DNA of 64,000 nt from Cyanobacteria bacterium P01_A01_bin.123 (GCA_039815185.1 JBCBZT010000006.1:96001-160000), one strand, 5' to 3'. Shown: positions 9,652-20,198, counted from the stretch's first letter. Translations and numbers: made by a program. The notes: generated by a model from the sequence alone, not told the origin.

Positions 9652-10332
9652 ATGAGGATCCTTTTGGTTGAAGATGATATCCGCCTTGCAGAAACGTTGG
9701 CAGAGGCTTTAACAGACCAACGTTATGTCGTTGATGTAGCAACGGATGGGGAAACCGGATGGCATCAAGCCAAAGTGCTGGATTACGATTTGATGTTGCT
9801 TGATGTCATGCTGCCAGAATTGGATGGCATCAGCCTTTGTGAACGGTTGCGATCGCATGGATACAGCCTCCCCATTCTAATGCTAACAGCTTGCGATACG
9901 CTCAACGATGAAGTCACTGGGCTAGATGCTGGTGCAGATGACTATGTGGTCAAACCGGTCGATTTGCAAAAGCTATTTGCCCGGATTCGGGCTTTGCTGC
10001 GGCGGGGGAGTGTGACTTCATCTCCGATTTTGGAATGGGGAGACTTGAATCTCAACCCCAGCACTTACGAAGTCAGCTATGAACAAACTCCGATCCATCT
10101 GACCCCTAAAGAGTATGCCATCTTAGAACTGCTGCTGCGCAACGGCCGCCGCGTCCTGAGCCGGAGCGTCATGATTGAACATGCCTGGTCTTTAGAATCC
10201 CCCCCAGAGGAGCATACGGTGAAGGTTCATATCCGGGGGCTACGTCAGAAGCTCAAAGCGGCTGGTGCGACTGAAGATTTAATTGAAACGGTTCACAGTA
10301 TGGGCTACCGTCTGAGTCAATTGAGCCCTTAA
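9652..10332 (+). CDS. ccaR: OmpR-family response regulator CcaR
   Basis: MRILLVEDD receiver domain plus winged helix (LTPKEY...IETVHSMGYRL); divergent from the G-box operon containing ccaS and cpcL. Confidence 0.85.
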   Translation: MRILLVEDDIRLAETLAEALTDQRYVVDVATDGETGWHQAKVLDYDLMLLDVMLPELDGISLCERLRSHGYSLPILMLTACDTLNDEVTGLDAGADDYVVKPVDLQKLFARIRALLRRGSVTSSPILEWGDLNLNPSTYEVSYEQTPIHLTPKEYAILELLLRNGRRVLSRSVMIEHAWSLESPPEEHTVKVHIRGLRQKLKAAGATEDLIETVHSMGYRLSQLSP

Positions 10333-10350
10333 AAATGGCTCTAGTCATTT

Positions 10351-10701
10351 TTAAGAGTGGCGGCCACTCCACACCCCACCATCGGCCGGGGGCAACTGTA
10401 AGTGGCTCTCCAGTTCCCGCAATTGGTCTGGCGTCAGCAAACTGCGAGACTGCTGGGGGCGGGATATCGACGTCGATTGCGCAACCCCTCGGCACCGTGG
10501 CGGTTATAAGCAGTCACAATCTCTCGGGCGTAGTCATAGTTGAGCCCAACGACTTGGGCCGCAAGCGGTCAGCGTCGTATGTTCACAGACCAGCCGTAGC
10601 AGATGCCAACGTCGAGACTCCACTGGCTCAAGGCTCGCTCGATAGCGAGCTTTTAACTCGTCTGCCGAAAAATGAGGTTCAAGATGTAGTTTCCTAGGCA
10701 T
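10351..10701 (-). pseudogene. Decayed IS630-family transposase, N-terminal HTH part only
   Basis: Hand translation across two frameshifts (near 10563 and 10460): MPRKLHLEPHFSADELKARYRASLEPVESRRWHLL.../AQVVGLNYDYAREIVTAYNRHGAEGLRNRRR/SLLTPDQLRELESHLQLPPADGGVWSG, then stop. No DDE domain. Confidence 0.75.
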
Positions 10702-10838
10702 CTTCCAACTTTATGCGATTTCGGGGGTGTATGAGTCGGATTTGGTATGAGACCCAGGCAAAGGTAATGAACGGCGTTCTAATACGCCTGGAACGTGATC
10801 TAAGCTCCATTCTTGCAACACAACCTTAATGATGATGC

Positions 10839-11387
10839 CTAGGCGGAGGGTTCAAACTTATGGGCATAGTCTTTGAGCAAATCGCTCACCTGCCGCAGCA
10901 CCAATTCATCCTTACCGCCATCGGTTTTTTGTAGGGTTGTACGTTCAGGGTAAAAGTCGGGACGGTTCAGGTTTTGCGCGATGGCGTCTTTCACCTGGTC
11001 TTCGATCAGCTGGGCCAGTTCAACCTTGGCTTTTTCACGTTGGTAGCTCGCCCCTTCTTCGGTAGTGGCATAAAGAGGAGGCACGCGGTTGAGGGCATAG
11101 GCAGCAATATCGCCTAGATCTAGGGTCATGTCATTGGCAGCTTCTATTTCCGCCACTCGAGCAATCGCTTCAGTTAAGACCAATTCTTCCATGACGTTGA
11201 TAAACTGCTTGCGCGGTACGGCGACCACTTCTCCAGTTAAGAGCGCCCCCATTAGTCGATCAAGGGCCATGTACTCTTCAATGGACAACTCGGAAGCCGT
11301 ATCGCAAATCCGCCCCACCTCAGCTTCCATTGCAGGGGTCAGGTATCCGTCTTGTAACGCTTGCTCAACAATCTTTTCGATAGTCAT
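10839..11387 (-). CDS. ComFB-domain (late competence development) protein
   Basis: FINVMEELV...DIAAYALNRVPPLYATT motif. Confidence 0.8.
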   Translation of the reverse strand: MTIEKIVEQALQDGYLTPAMEAEVGRICDTASELSIEEYMALDRLMGALLTGEVVAVPRKQFINVMEELVLTEAIARVAEIEAANDMTLDLGDIAAYALNRVPPLYATTEEGASYQREKAKVELAQLIEDQVKDAIAQNLNRPDFYPERTTLQKTDGGKDELVLRQVSDLLKDYAHKFEPSA

Positions 11388-11623
11388 GTGGCCTAAATGC
11401 TCCAATAAAATGACTTTCTAGAACATCACAGCGAAGTCAATGCTACAGCTGCCCCTTCAGCAGGGTTTTTAAGTGTTCCGGTTTAGTGTTCCCAAGGATC
11501 ACACAAGACAGACATGCAGATTGGCCCAATTTTGAACCTCATTATAGTGTCTAAACCACAGCCGATTTGAAAGCTTGAGGTTTTAGCAGAGGGACTGCGG
11601 TTCAGCACAGAGTTAAGGCCTAT

Positions 11624-12562
11624 TTACTCAATACCGTCGTAGCGCCAGGGAACCGGATCAACAGCGACTTGATTCACATATAGCCCCCAGTGTAAATTCG
11701 GCCCAGAGGCAAATCCAGTAGAGCCGATGGCCCCGACACGTTGTCCAGCTTGCACGAAGTCGCCTTCGTTCACGTCGATCTGAGAGAGGTGAATGAATAC
11801 GCTGGCGACCCCCTGGCCATGGTCGATACCAACGGTGTTGCCATTGAGCTGAAAGCCGTCTGCTACCCGACCGACAAGCACCACTCGCCCTGCCGCTGGT
11901 GCGACCGCAGGTGAGCCAGTGGGGGCCGCATAATCTACGCCTCGGTGGTAGTAGTCCTGGGCAAAGACGCCGTTGTAATAGCGACGCACACCATAAACAG
12001 AACTCACTTGACCACTGCTGGGACGAGTCATTGGGCCATTCCAATATTGCTCTGGGGTGACCAGGGCTTTCAGTTCAGCTAAGCGGCGAAATTCGTAGTC
12101 AGTCCCCTCTAGCCCGGCTCGCCCCGGTGCTAACGTAACCCGCTGGGTTGGAAAACTACGATTCCGGAGGTTAACCGCAATATTGCGAGTTGACTCAGCA
12201 CCGTCAATTTGTAGGGTTAACTGCCCGGGTTGGTCTACAGGACTGGTGGGAACAAGGGTGCGAAAGCGATCGCCGCCGATCGGGAAAGACGGATATTGGC
12301 GATCGCCCACGGTTATAGTTGGTGCTGTTCCTCTATTTGCTTGCTCGGTTCGAATCACAACGGCAAGGGTATCTCCCAACTGCGGGCTGCTGGGGGAGAC
12401 CTCAACCTGATAGGCTTGGGCCGGTTGATGGCTAGCAAAAACAACCAAGATCGCAAGGGTGCTTGCAAAAGCTAGCCAAAGCCTATAGCGCAATGAAGAA
12501 AACAGCTGCTGACGTAGCGCTTGAAACCGGAGCAGAGGATGAACTGTCATGGTAAGGGGCAA
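11624..12562 (-). CDS. M23 family metallopeptidase
   Basis: HRGVDY (HxxxD) and NLHWG zinc motifs; N-terminal signal/TM segment. Start uncertain. Confidence 0.88.
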   Translation of the reverse strand: MPLTMTVHPLLRFQALRQQLFSSLRYRLWLAFASTLAILVVFASHQPAQAYQVEVSPSSPQLGDTLAVVIRTEQANRGTAPTITVGDRQYPSFPIGGDRFRTLVPTSPVDQPGQLTLQIDGAESTRNIAVNLRNRSFPTQRVTLAPGRAGLEGTDYEFRRLAELKALVTPEQYWNGPMTRPSSGQVSSVYGVRRYYNGVFAQDYYHRGVDYAAPTGSPAVAPAAGRVVLVGRVADGFQLNGNTVGIDHGQGVASVFIHLSQIDVNEGDFVQAGQRVGAIGSTGFASGPNLHWGLYVNQVAVDPVPWRYDGIE

Positions 12563-12584
12563 AATAAGAGGCTTTAACGATCGG

Positions 12585-12618
12585 CAGGTAATGCTGTTAA
12601 TCAGGTAATGCTGTTAAT
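12585..12618. repeat. Perfect 17-bp tandem duplication
   Basis: CAGGTAATGCTGTTAAT at 12585-12601 and 12602-12618. Confidence 0.9.
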
Positions 12619-12627
12619 GCAGATGCT

Positions 12628-12840
12628 TCAAGCAACCTTGATATAAGCGATCGCAGACCGCCAAAGCACCATTGCTTCGCCATCGTTGGTGTCTAGACAC
12701 ATACAGTGGGGATCTTGCCAACGGAGGGTGCCGCTAAGCAAGTCGCCTGTGACCATTTTGATATCAATCGTTTGCTTTTCGCGAATCAGCTGTTGAAACT
12801 GATGCACGCTAGGTAAACCGACTTCGAGCTCAGTTGCCAT
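12628..12840 (-). CDS. hfq: Cyanobacterial Hfq
   Basis: 70 aa; GLPSVHQFQQLI...KMVTGDLLSGTLRWQD...WRSAIAYIK Sm-like pattern. Confidence 0.88.
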   Translation of the reverse strand: MATELEVGLPSVHQFQQLIREKQTIDIKMVTGDLLSGTLRWQDPHCMCLDTNDGEAMVLWRSAIAYIKVA

Positions 12841-12910
12841 GGCTCTCCTCTAATTTTTCAATTTGATGACTATAGCCTACCCGGCTTTAGGCGATTGAGA
12901 TCGCGGATTT

Positions 12911-13645
12911 CTAACCCCCCATCGACAGATAGAAATAGTAGGTTGCCATCGGAATTACCGTTGCGGCGATGAGAAAGCCAATAACGATGACCGTTGAGTT
13001 ACCGCGATTGGCTTCGGTTTCTTCAGCCGTGGCAAAAGTGCCTTCAATTTCAAAATTTGTGTCTTCAGTCGGTGGCCCAGGATCAGGTGCACCTGAAAGG
13101 ACTGCAACTAGGCGATTCGTTGTACCGATAAGCGCCTGGTTGTACTTGTTATCTTCTCGCAGGGGAATTTTAATCGACTCCTCGGTCACGCTTGTGGCGA
13201 TTTCAGGACTGAGTAGGGTTGCAGAGGTTTGTCCAGTGCGGATAGCAACGCCATTCGTGACATCATCCAGCACGATCAAGGTTTGATTAGTTTGGGACTC
13301 TGGCGTGGGGAACCACTTGTCAAATAAAGCATCCGTGAAGCTTTGCGGTGTCTCACCATAGTCAAGGCGATGTAGCGTTACAAAGCGCACCTCATTCCCC
13401 GACTCTACTGCCAGTTGACGCAGCTTATCGCTGATTTTGCCTTCATTCAAGCGGCTGATTAGGTTCGCATCATCGACTACCCAGATGTCTTGCCCATTCG
13501 AGATCACAGGCATCTGATAAACGCCTGTGGCTGCGGCAGGCGGAGCCACAGCCTGGGTGAGGATAAAGCAGGCGATCGCTGCCAATAAGAAGCGCGAAAG
13601 ATGCAGCAGCCCACTGATTGTGTGTTTGAGAAGCATTCGCATCAC
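12911..13645 (-). CDS. psb32: Psb32 (TPM-domain PSII-associated protein)
   Basis: ATGVYQMP, VRFVTLHRLDYGET, KYNQA, DPGPP and C-terminal ATVIPMATYY. Confidence 0.85.
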   Translation of the reverse strand: MMRMLLKHTISGLLHLSRFLLAAIACFILTQAVAPPAAATGVYQMPVISNGQDIWVVDDANLISRLNEGKISDKLRQLAVESGNEVRFVTLHRLDYGETPQSFTDALFDKWFPTPESQTNQTLIVLDDVTNGVAIRTGQTSATLLSPEIATSVTEESIKIPLREDNKYNQALIGTTNRLVAVLSGAPDPGPPTEDTNFEIEGTFATAEETEANRGNSTVIVIGFLIAATVIPMATYYFYLSMGG

Positions 13646-13797
13646 TAATAAACCCTATGACTTGTCTTTAACTCAAATTAGTAACCTCTTCCACATCAAG
13701 AGCCATAGTTTGCCTTAGGCTAAAAAGCCAAGGTTTCAAACCAGATGTGGGTTATACCATCTTTTCTTACTATAGAGGACGACGGGACTGACCTCAG

Positions 13798-15384
13798 TTA
13801 GTTGAGCACTTGCCAAGTGTTTGGTTCTACCCACCCGCCAGCTTCCAACTGAATCCAACCATTGTCCATACGACCCGTTGCCGTTACCGTTTGTCCATTG
13901 GTTAGGGTATCAAGCTGCCGCGCATTGATATTGGGATTTTCTCGGACTGGTACAGCAGTATCGTTGGCTGTTGTAATCTGCACACGGCTGCCTTGGCCAG
14001 GAACGGTCGGGACGGTATTGCCAACGCCAGAAACAGGAGGGGTTTGGTAAAGCAGATTGAGGGTAGTCGTACCTGCTACGCCATCAACGGTCAATCCATT
14101 GGTGCGTTGAAAGTTTATAACAGCCTGTTCGGTTAGGCTCCCATAGTAGTCAGTGATGACAGCGTTTTGTGGCAAATAACCTAGGGTTTGCAAACGCGTT
14201 TGTAACTGTCTCACAGCCGGGTCTTGTACCCCCCGTCTCAAGACTCCAGGGGAAGTTTGTGGATTAGAAATAGGTCTCGAAATAGCCTCAAACCGCAGGG
14301 TTTGTCTTCCTTGATATTTTCCGGCAACCCAGCTACCGTCTGCGAGCTCGTACCATCCATTTTGCTGATTGCCAGTGAGCGCAATCGGTTGGCCATCTGC
14401 AATCACCCGCAAAATACGATTACCTACCCCAGGACCAGCCCGCACATTCAAGTTGTAATCATTATTTTGAGTGTAAGCTGGGGTATCGACGGTAGCTGCG
14501 GTTGTACTTAGGGAAGGGGTTGCAGGCAGAGTGTAGCCGCCGTAGAGGGGATTGATTAAGTTGCCCGCAACCCAAGTGCCATCGATTAACTCAACCCAAC
14601 CGTTGCTTCTAATATTTCCAGTCAACTGCACCGTGGCTCCGGATCCGAGGACTCTGTTTAGACCATAGTCCTCACCTGGCCCCCAGCGGACATTGGCGCG
14701 GGTCGCTGTAACTGTTGCAGGGCTGCCCCAATCATCGGTTGGTGGCTGACCTTGATAGTCAAATCCACCGTAGCGTGGGTTCAATTGATTCCCTAAAACC
14801 CAAGTACCATCAATCAATTGCATCCAGCCTGTTGGACTAATCGTTCCCGTTAGTAAAACCTGATTGCCCGAGAACAGGGTGCGATGTAGCCCATATTGGT
14901 CTCCGGGCCCCCAACGGGCATCGAGTTGATTGACAGCTACCGTAGCAGGGGTGCCCCAACTGTCGGTTGGGGGCGGTGTTGCATTGCCGCCTTGATCAGA
15001 GCCATCAGTATTGCTGAAGCGGATAGAGTCGGTTGGAATCCAGTTGCCATCTGTGAGTTGGGTCCAGCCGTCTTGAGTTGTCTCGGTGACATCGAGGCGA
15101 TCGCCGTCGAGAGCGGTCGCCTCGACGTTACCGTTGACCGGGCTATCAAGGATGTTAACTTGTCCACCTGGTGTGGCAGTCTCAACGTAAGCCGTAATTG
15201 CTCGGGCCAAGATAGGCATGAACCCTAGCCCAATGGCTAAGGTCGCACAACCTACCAACAGGGCTTTCAATCCCAACCGACTGTTCATCCTAAGGTTAGG
15301 TAAGCGCTGAAGCTGGTATGCGGCCGGATTTGCCTGGGTCGTTTCGTAAGTGAGCCAATGATGGCTCAGTGCCAGTAGTTCCAT
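13798..15384 (-). CDS. Multi-SH3b plus peptidoglycan-binding-domain protein
   Basis: About five SH3b-like repeats (NVRxGPG...GWxxLxDGxWV) and a PG-binding motif (LQTRLQTLGY...FQRTNGLTVDGVAG). Start MELLA chosen. Confidence 0.8.
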   Translation of the reverse strand: MELLALSHHWLTYETTQANPAAYQLQRLPNLRMNSRLGLKALLVGCATLAIGLGFMPILARAITAYVETATPGGQVNILDSPVNGNVEATALDGDRLDVTETTQDGWTQLTDGNWIPTDSIRFSNTDGSDQGGNATPPPTDSWGTPATVAVNQLDARWGPGDQYGLHRTLFSGNQVLLTGTISPTGWMQLIDGTWVLGNQLNPRYGGFDYQGQPPTDDWGSPATVTATRANVRWGPGEDYGLNRVLGSGATVQLTGNIRSNGWVELIDGTWVAGNLINPLYGGYTLPATPSLSTTAATVDTPAYTQNNDYNLNVRAGPGVGNRILRVIADGQPIALTGNQQNGWYELADGSWVAGKYQGRQTLRFEAISRPISNPQTSPGVLRRGVQDPAVRQLQTRLQTLGYLPQNAVITDYYGSLTEQAVINFQRTNGLTVDGVAGTTTLNLLYQTPPVSGVGNTVPTVPGQGSRVQITTANDTAVPVRENPNINARQLDTLTNGQTVTATGRMDNGWIQLEAGGWVEPNTWQVLN

Positions 15385-15454
15385 AGTTGTGCAGACTCCC
15401 TCAATCCGTTGGCCTAACTGGGCATGCATCCCCTGACAGGATCCTAATGCCAAA

Positions 15455-15760
15455 TTAGGACAATAGCTCGACCGTTGGTAAGGATTGTTGAGGAAAAATC
15501 GGCGCGGCTGCATCGTTTATCTGGGAATTTTCGGCGATCGCGCTGCGGTTAGGCTGAACTAGCAGGGTTAATCCCTGGCGACCGAGCACAGTTACCCAGG
15601 TTTCGACTTCCGCAATGCCAATCTCAGTTGGGAAGTGCCAACGAGCGGGCCAGTAAGTCCCTTCAAAGAAGACTCGTCCTTTTTGATTGGGTGCGATTGT
15701 TCGCTCGACTTTCCCAAGACCGGTTTTCTTAAAGAGTTCAACCGTTGTCTCCTGGCTCAT
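15455..15760 (-). CDS. NfeD-like C-terminal OB-fold protein
   Basis: GKVERTIAPNQKGRVFFEGTYWPAR...VLGRQGLTLLV. Confidence 0.75.
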   Translation of the reverse strand: MSQETTVELFKKTGLGKVERTIAPNQKGRVFFEGTYWPARWHFPTEIGIAEVETWVTVLGRQGLTLLVQPNRSAIAENSQINDAAAPIFPQQSLPTVELLS

Positions 15761-16069
15761 TGGAACGCCTCCCTGATGAAGTTTGAGGATCTAGAATCAC
15801 GCAATCACGTGATTTCAAGTAACTTTACCGGATCTCCGAAGAAATTCGGAAATCTCTACCGTTCAAGTTTACGGATATCTATCCGGAAAAGTACGGAAGC
15901 CTGTGACAGAACATGCGCTGCGCCCAACGCTGGAGCTGCTGATATTTCCTAATAATCAACTCAGTTGCCCCTGCTTTGGCGATCGGTATGGGGTGACTCA
16001 CCTCGTTAGTAAGCCACCTTCTACTGCTTCGGACTGACTCGAGTTTAAGTAATGCTGATGGCTTTGAAG

Positions 16070-16801
16070 TTATTCACTCTCAAAACCGTCACCAATAATC
16101 TCAGTAGCTAAATAGGCCAGGGAGTCGATCACTTGAACGGCCTCGTCTGGGGAAATGTCTTGACAAGTGAGATCGGGATAGTTTTGTTCCAGATAAGCCG
16201 CACCAATCAAGCGATAAAAGCCGCTATTGCCTGTCATCCAGTCAGTGATTAGGTTAGGTTCAGGAAAGTCTGGCTGTAACGCCGGATCGGTATAGGCACC
16301 GTGATAGAGGATGTAGCCTTCGCCAAACAAAGGCGGATTTAAGGGAATCTTATTTTCAATGTCGGGCAGCTCACCCACCCCTTCAGTGGTGTGCTCAATG
16401 GCAAAACAGCGGTCAAGCTGGTCTTGGTAAATCAGCATGTAGCTCGGGCCGCCGGGCTGAGTTCCGGTGATGGCGCTGAGGGTGCGAAAACCAGGGGGGA
16501 CTTGGGTCGGCACAGCAATATCAATGCCCAACTCCAGCAGCTTTTGGTTTTGCTCTGGAGTGATTTGGGCGATAAAGGCACCGTCTGGTGGGGGTGGGGG
16601 TGGCGGGGCTAGCTCCGCATCAGGTGCGGTCTCAAGGGCGCTGTCTGAGGCAGCGTTGGGCGTCCCATCTTGAGAAGTTTCAGGATTTTGTCCGGTAGCG
16701 CAACTGAGTAGCAATAGTATCCCTAGCAGCAGACTTCCACGGGCTAAGGAGGTTTGGGTGACTAGATGAGACCTAACGCCTGTCGTTTTGGGCTTACCCA
16801 T
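16070..16801 (-). CDS. Hypothetical lipoprotein
   Basis: Lipobox-like LLLSC and a poly-Pro linker. Start uncertain; ATG 16801 overlaps the upstream stop. Confidence 0.6.
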   Translation of the reverse strand: MGKPKTTGVRSHLVTQTSLARGSLLLGILLLLSCATGQNPETSQDGTPNAASDSALETAPDAELAPPPPPPPDGAFIAQITPEQNQKLLELGIDIAVPTQVPPGFRTLSAITGTQPGGPSYMLIYQDQLDRCFAIEHTTEGVGELPDIENKIPLNPPLFGEGYILYHGAYTDPALQPDFPEPNLITDWMTGNSGFYRLIGAAYLEQNYPDLTCQDISPDEAVQVIDSLAYLATEIIGDGFESE

Positions 16802-17255
16802 AAGCCTGACCATCACGGTGAGTAAACCGATAGTAGCCTGCCCCATCGTCAGTGGCTAACAGATCCTGTTCAGAATAGTGGGCCACGTCACCGGGGGTGC
16901 GATCGCCCACTTCTAAATACACTGCAGGCTGGTCTGAACGGTTAACCAGGTGGTGACCATTGGCTTCCCCTGCTGGGAATCCAGCCATCATGCCAGGGCT
17001 GAGGTGGTCTTCACCCGCATCAGTAATCAGGGTCAATTCCCCGGCGATCACATAGATAAACTCATCTTGTTGGGTGTGCCAGTGCCGTAAAGCTGAGGCA
17101 CTGCCGGGTGCCAGGGTGACTCGATTAACTCCAAAATTCTTTAACCCTGCGGCATTGCCTACCTGTTGCTTAACTCGCCCAGCTACTGCTGCTTTGAACG
17201 GCTCAGGATAGCCAGTTCCAGTTTTTTGGGGCACTTTGTTGAGGTCAATTTGCAT
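16794..17255 (-). CDS. Cupin-domain protein
   Basis: FGVN...RHWHTQQDEFIYV...GHHLVN...YLEVGDR. Confidence 0.85.
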   Translation of the reverse strand: MQIDLNKVPQKTGTGYPEPFKAAVAGRVKQQVGNAAGLKNFGVNRVTLAPGSASALRHWHTQQDEFIYVIAGELTLITDAGEDHLSPGMMAGFPAGEANGHHLVNRSDQPAVYLEVGDRTPGDVAHYSEQDLLATDDGAGYYRFTHRDGQAYG

Positions 17256-17448
17256 GGGGAGAATGAAGGAGCGAGGGGAGATAGTGGGATAGGGAAACTT
17301 CTGAAATTTCAAGTTTGTTTTACCCCTTACGATGTTTGATTTTACCCCCTACGCCTCATCCCTTGCGCCTTACAATTCTCAAGATCAGAAATTATGCCCG
17401 AAAAGCCCAACCGCTTGCAGGGTGGTCAATACCTACCCTGCAAGCGGT

Positions 17449-18510
17449 CTAAAGCAAATTTTGGAAGCGATTGTCTGCTCCCAAGACTTTTACGGCTTTT
17501 TTAATGTCTTGGGTGCGGTCTTTGGGCACGATTAGGGTGGCGTTGCCATCGCGGACAATCACCATATCCTCTAGGCCAATGGTGACCACGACTTCATCGG
17601 GGTTAGAAGCATAGACGATGCTGCCTTTCGTTTCGAGACCGACGTGTTGGGCCAGTTCGACGTTTTCGGCGTCGCCTTTGAGCAGGCGTTCGATGGCGTT
17701 CCAATCTCCTAAATCATCCCAGCCAAAATTGACAGGCATGACGTAGGCCTTTTGGGTCTTTTCCATCACGGCGTAGTCGATGCTAAGTTTGGCCAAGTTG
17801 GCATAAGCCTCAACGCCTTTGGCCATCAGCGCAGCCATTAAATCTGGGGCGTGGGTTTTAAGCTCTTCTACCATGACTCCGGCTGGAAAGATAAACATGC
17901 CGCTATTCCAGCTAAAACGACCGCTGGCAAGAAATTGCTCAGCGGTGTCGCGGTCGGGTTTCTCGGTAAAGCGGCTGACTGTATAGGCTTTGAGGTCGTC
18001 GTACTGGCCTCTGGCTTCTCCTTGTTCGATATAGCCGTAACCCGTTGCACCATAGGTGGGTGTAATGCCTAGGGTCGCGATCGCCCCTTGATCATTTGCC
18101 AATTCAGCGGCGGCTAAAAGGGTTTGACGATACTTATCTTCGTCGGCAATCCAGTGATCAGCTGGGAAAAACCCTGCGATCGCGTCTTTGCCATGGCGCT
18201 TCATCACCTCTAGGGTGGCCCAGGCTACGGCAGGTGCCGTATCCCGACCTACGGGTTCAACTAGCAAATTGGTTTCGGGCAGTTCGGGCAACTGTTCGCG
18301 AACACCCTCTGCCAAATGGGATGCCGTAATCACCCATAAAGAATTCCAATCATTAGTTAGCTTTAATAACCGATCTGCTGTAGCTTGCATTAAGCTGCGA
18401 CCGCTGCCATCTAAACTCAAAAACTGTTTAGGCTTCTTAAGACGGCTCACGGGCCAGAACCGTTCACCTTTACCACCAGCCAAAATCACAGGAATGAGGG
18501 ACTGAGTCAT
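17449..18510 (-). CDS. manC: Mannose-1-phosphate guanylyltransferase
   Basis: PVILAGGKGERFWPVSR...PKQFL, FTEKP, WNSGMF, SIDYAVMEK, GWDDLGDW. Confidence 0.9.
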   Translation of the reverse strand: MTQSLIPVILAGGKGERFWPVSRLKKPKQFLSLDGSGRSLMQATADRLLKLTNDWNSLWVITASHLAEGVREQLPELPETNLLVEPVGRDTAPAVAWATLEVMKRHGKDAIAGFFPADHWIADEDKYRQTLLAAAELANDQGAIATLGITPTYGATGYGYIEQGEARGQYDDLKAYTVSRFTEKPDRDTAEQFLASGRFSWNSGMFIFPAGVMVEELKTHAPDLMAALMAKGVEAYANLAKLSIDYAVMEKTQKAYVMPVNFGWDDLGDWNAIERLLKGDAENVELAQHVGLETKGSIVYASNPDEVVVTIGLEDMVIVRDGNATLIVPKDRTQDIKKAVKVLGADNRFQNLL

Positions 18511-18770
18511 GAGCGATTTACTCCGCCAAAGATTCGGACTTATGGTAACCATTGTGAGCGAGGCTCAGGCTATAATCGCCTTAATATTGATTAATACAAC
18601 ACAATTCAATAAAGATAAGTCTGGATACAGCAGCGCCATGCAGATTCCGCCATTGTGGGTTGAAGGTAAGCAAAAACTTAGTCTATCTGTCAGTCACTGT
18701 CTGGATCTGTTGGTTTCTGGCGCGTATATACAGAAAGGTCTGAAGCAGGAATTCCTAGGAAACATTAAGT

Positions 18771-20198
18771 ATGACGACCCAGTCCCCCAATCCATCCCCC
18801 GATCCCCAGGCAGATGATGCCGTTGGTCACGAAACAGGGTACGAGTCAGGGACAGTTGTCATCCATCCTCATCAAGCTCAGCCAACCAAAGCCCAGGCCC
18901 CATTTTGGTTAAAGGCTTCTAGAACCTTGGGTTGGTCAGTGGTCTTGATGGGCACAGCGACTGCTTCGGCCCTGTTAGGGGCAGCAGCTATACTCACTGT
19001 TCCCCTGCCAACAAGTTGGTTACCCCAGCAGCAAGAATCCTTATCTTTACGAGACTTGTGGGAATCAGGGTTTCGCTACCGAGTTGCTCGGCCGGTGACG
19101 GTGTTAGTCATGGGTATCGATGAGGTGCCTGATGTGCCTGAGTCTTCTGAGGCAATCTTTTCAGGACGTACAGATACGATGCTATTGGTTCGACTTGACC
19201 CGGCCTCGGGTGAGGTTAATGTGATGTCTATTCCCCGCGACACCCGTATGGAAATTCCGGGGCACGGGGTGATGAAAGTCAATCAGGCCAACGTTGAAGG
19301 CGGAGCACAATTGTCTGCCCAAACGGTGAGTCGTAATTTAGACGGGATTGAAATCGACCGCTACGTCAGGGTTAGCACGGCGGCTTTTCGTGAAATCGTG
19401 GATCTGGTGGGTGGGGTTGAGGTGCTAGTCCCTAAGGCCATGTACTACGAAGATCAAACCCAAGATCTATTGATTGACCTCGAACCAGGGTTGCAAACCC
19501 TGAATGGGGATCAAGCAGAACAATTTGCCCGGTTTCGGCAAGATGCTTACGGTGATATTGGCCGGGTACAGCGGCAACAGACGTTGCTCAAAGCCCTGCG
19601 CGATCGCTTGACGAGCCCTGGGGTGGTGCCTCGGCTCCCCCAAATTGTGCGGGTATTGCAGCGTCGCATCGATACAAATCTGAGTGCAGAAGAACTCCTA
19701 GCCCTGGCAAATTTTTCCTTAGAACTGGAAACCCAGGATTTTCATATGGTGATGTTGCCCGGTCGCTTTAGTGAACCTGGGGAATACATCGCCAGCTATT
19801 GGATTATGGATTCTGACGCCAGCGATCGCGTGGTGAATAACTTCTTTCGAGAGGATGCGGTGGCGTTACTCTCTGGGAATATAGTGGCTGTGCGTAACCT
19901 AAGGGTCACGGTGCAAAATGCCTCTGCCGATCCCTGGGTTGCCCGCCAAGTGATTCAGTACCTGAGGGAACAAGGGTTTAATCAGGTTTACATCGACCAA
20001 GATTGGCCTGGCACTTTAGATACGACCGAAATTATTGCCCAGCGAGGGGATTTGACTGCGGCGCAAGCAGTTGAATCGATTTTAGGCACGGGTCATGTCG
20101 TCTCTGATTCAACTGGCAACCTAGAATCTGACATTACGATTCGTGTTGGCCAAGACTGGGTTTCACCCGGTGAATTACCCCAAATTCAGACTCGGTAA
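18771..20198 (+). CDS. LCP (LytR-CpsA-Psr) family protein with LytR C-terminal domain
   Basis: GRTDTMLL, SIPRDT, ARFR..GDIGRVQRQQ, C-terminal DITIRVGQDW. Confidence 0.9.
   Translation: MTTQSPNPSPDPQADDAVGHETGYESGTVVIHPHQAQPTKAQAPFWLKASRTLGWSVVLMGTATASALLGAAAILTVPLPTSWLPQQQESLSLRDLWESGFRYRVARPVTVLVMGIDEVPDVPESSEAIFSGRTDTMLLVRLDPASGEVNVMSIPRDTRMEIPGHGVMKVNQANVEGGAQLSAQTVSRNLDGIEIDRYVRVSTAAFREIVDLVGGVEVLVPKAMYYEDQTQDLLIDLEPGLQTLNGDQAEQFARFRQDAYGDIGRVQRQQTLLKALRDRLTSPGVVPRLPQIVRVLQRRIDTNLSAEELLALANFSLELETQDFHMVMLPGRFSEPGEYIASYWIMDSDASDRVVNNFFREDAVALLSGNIVAVRNLRVTVQNASADPWVARQVIQYLREQGFNQVYIDQDWPGTLDTTEIIAQRGDLTAAQAVESILGTGHVVSDSTGNLESDITIRVGQDWVSPGELPQIQTR

Noticed and set aside
10335..10697. 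120-aa plus-strand ORF after ccaR
   Set aside because: It is the antisense shadow of the IS630-type remnant and has no recognisable motifs.
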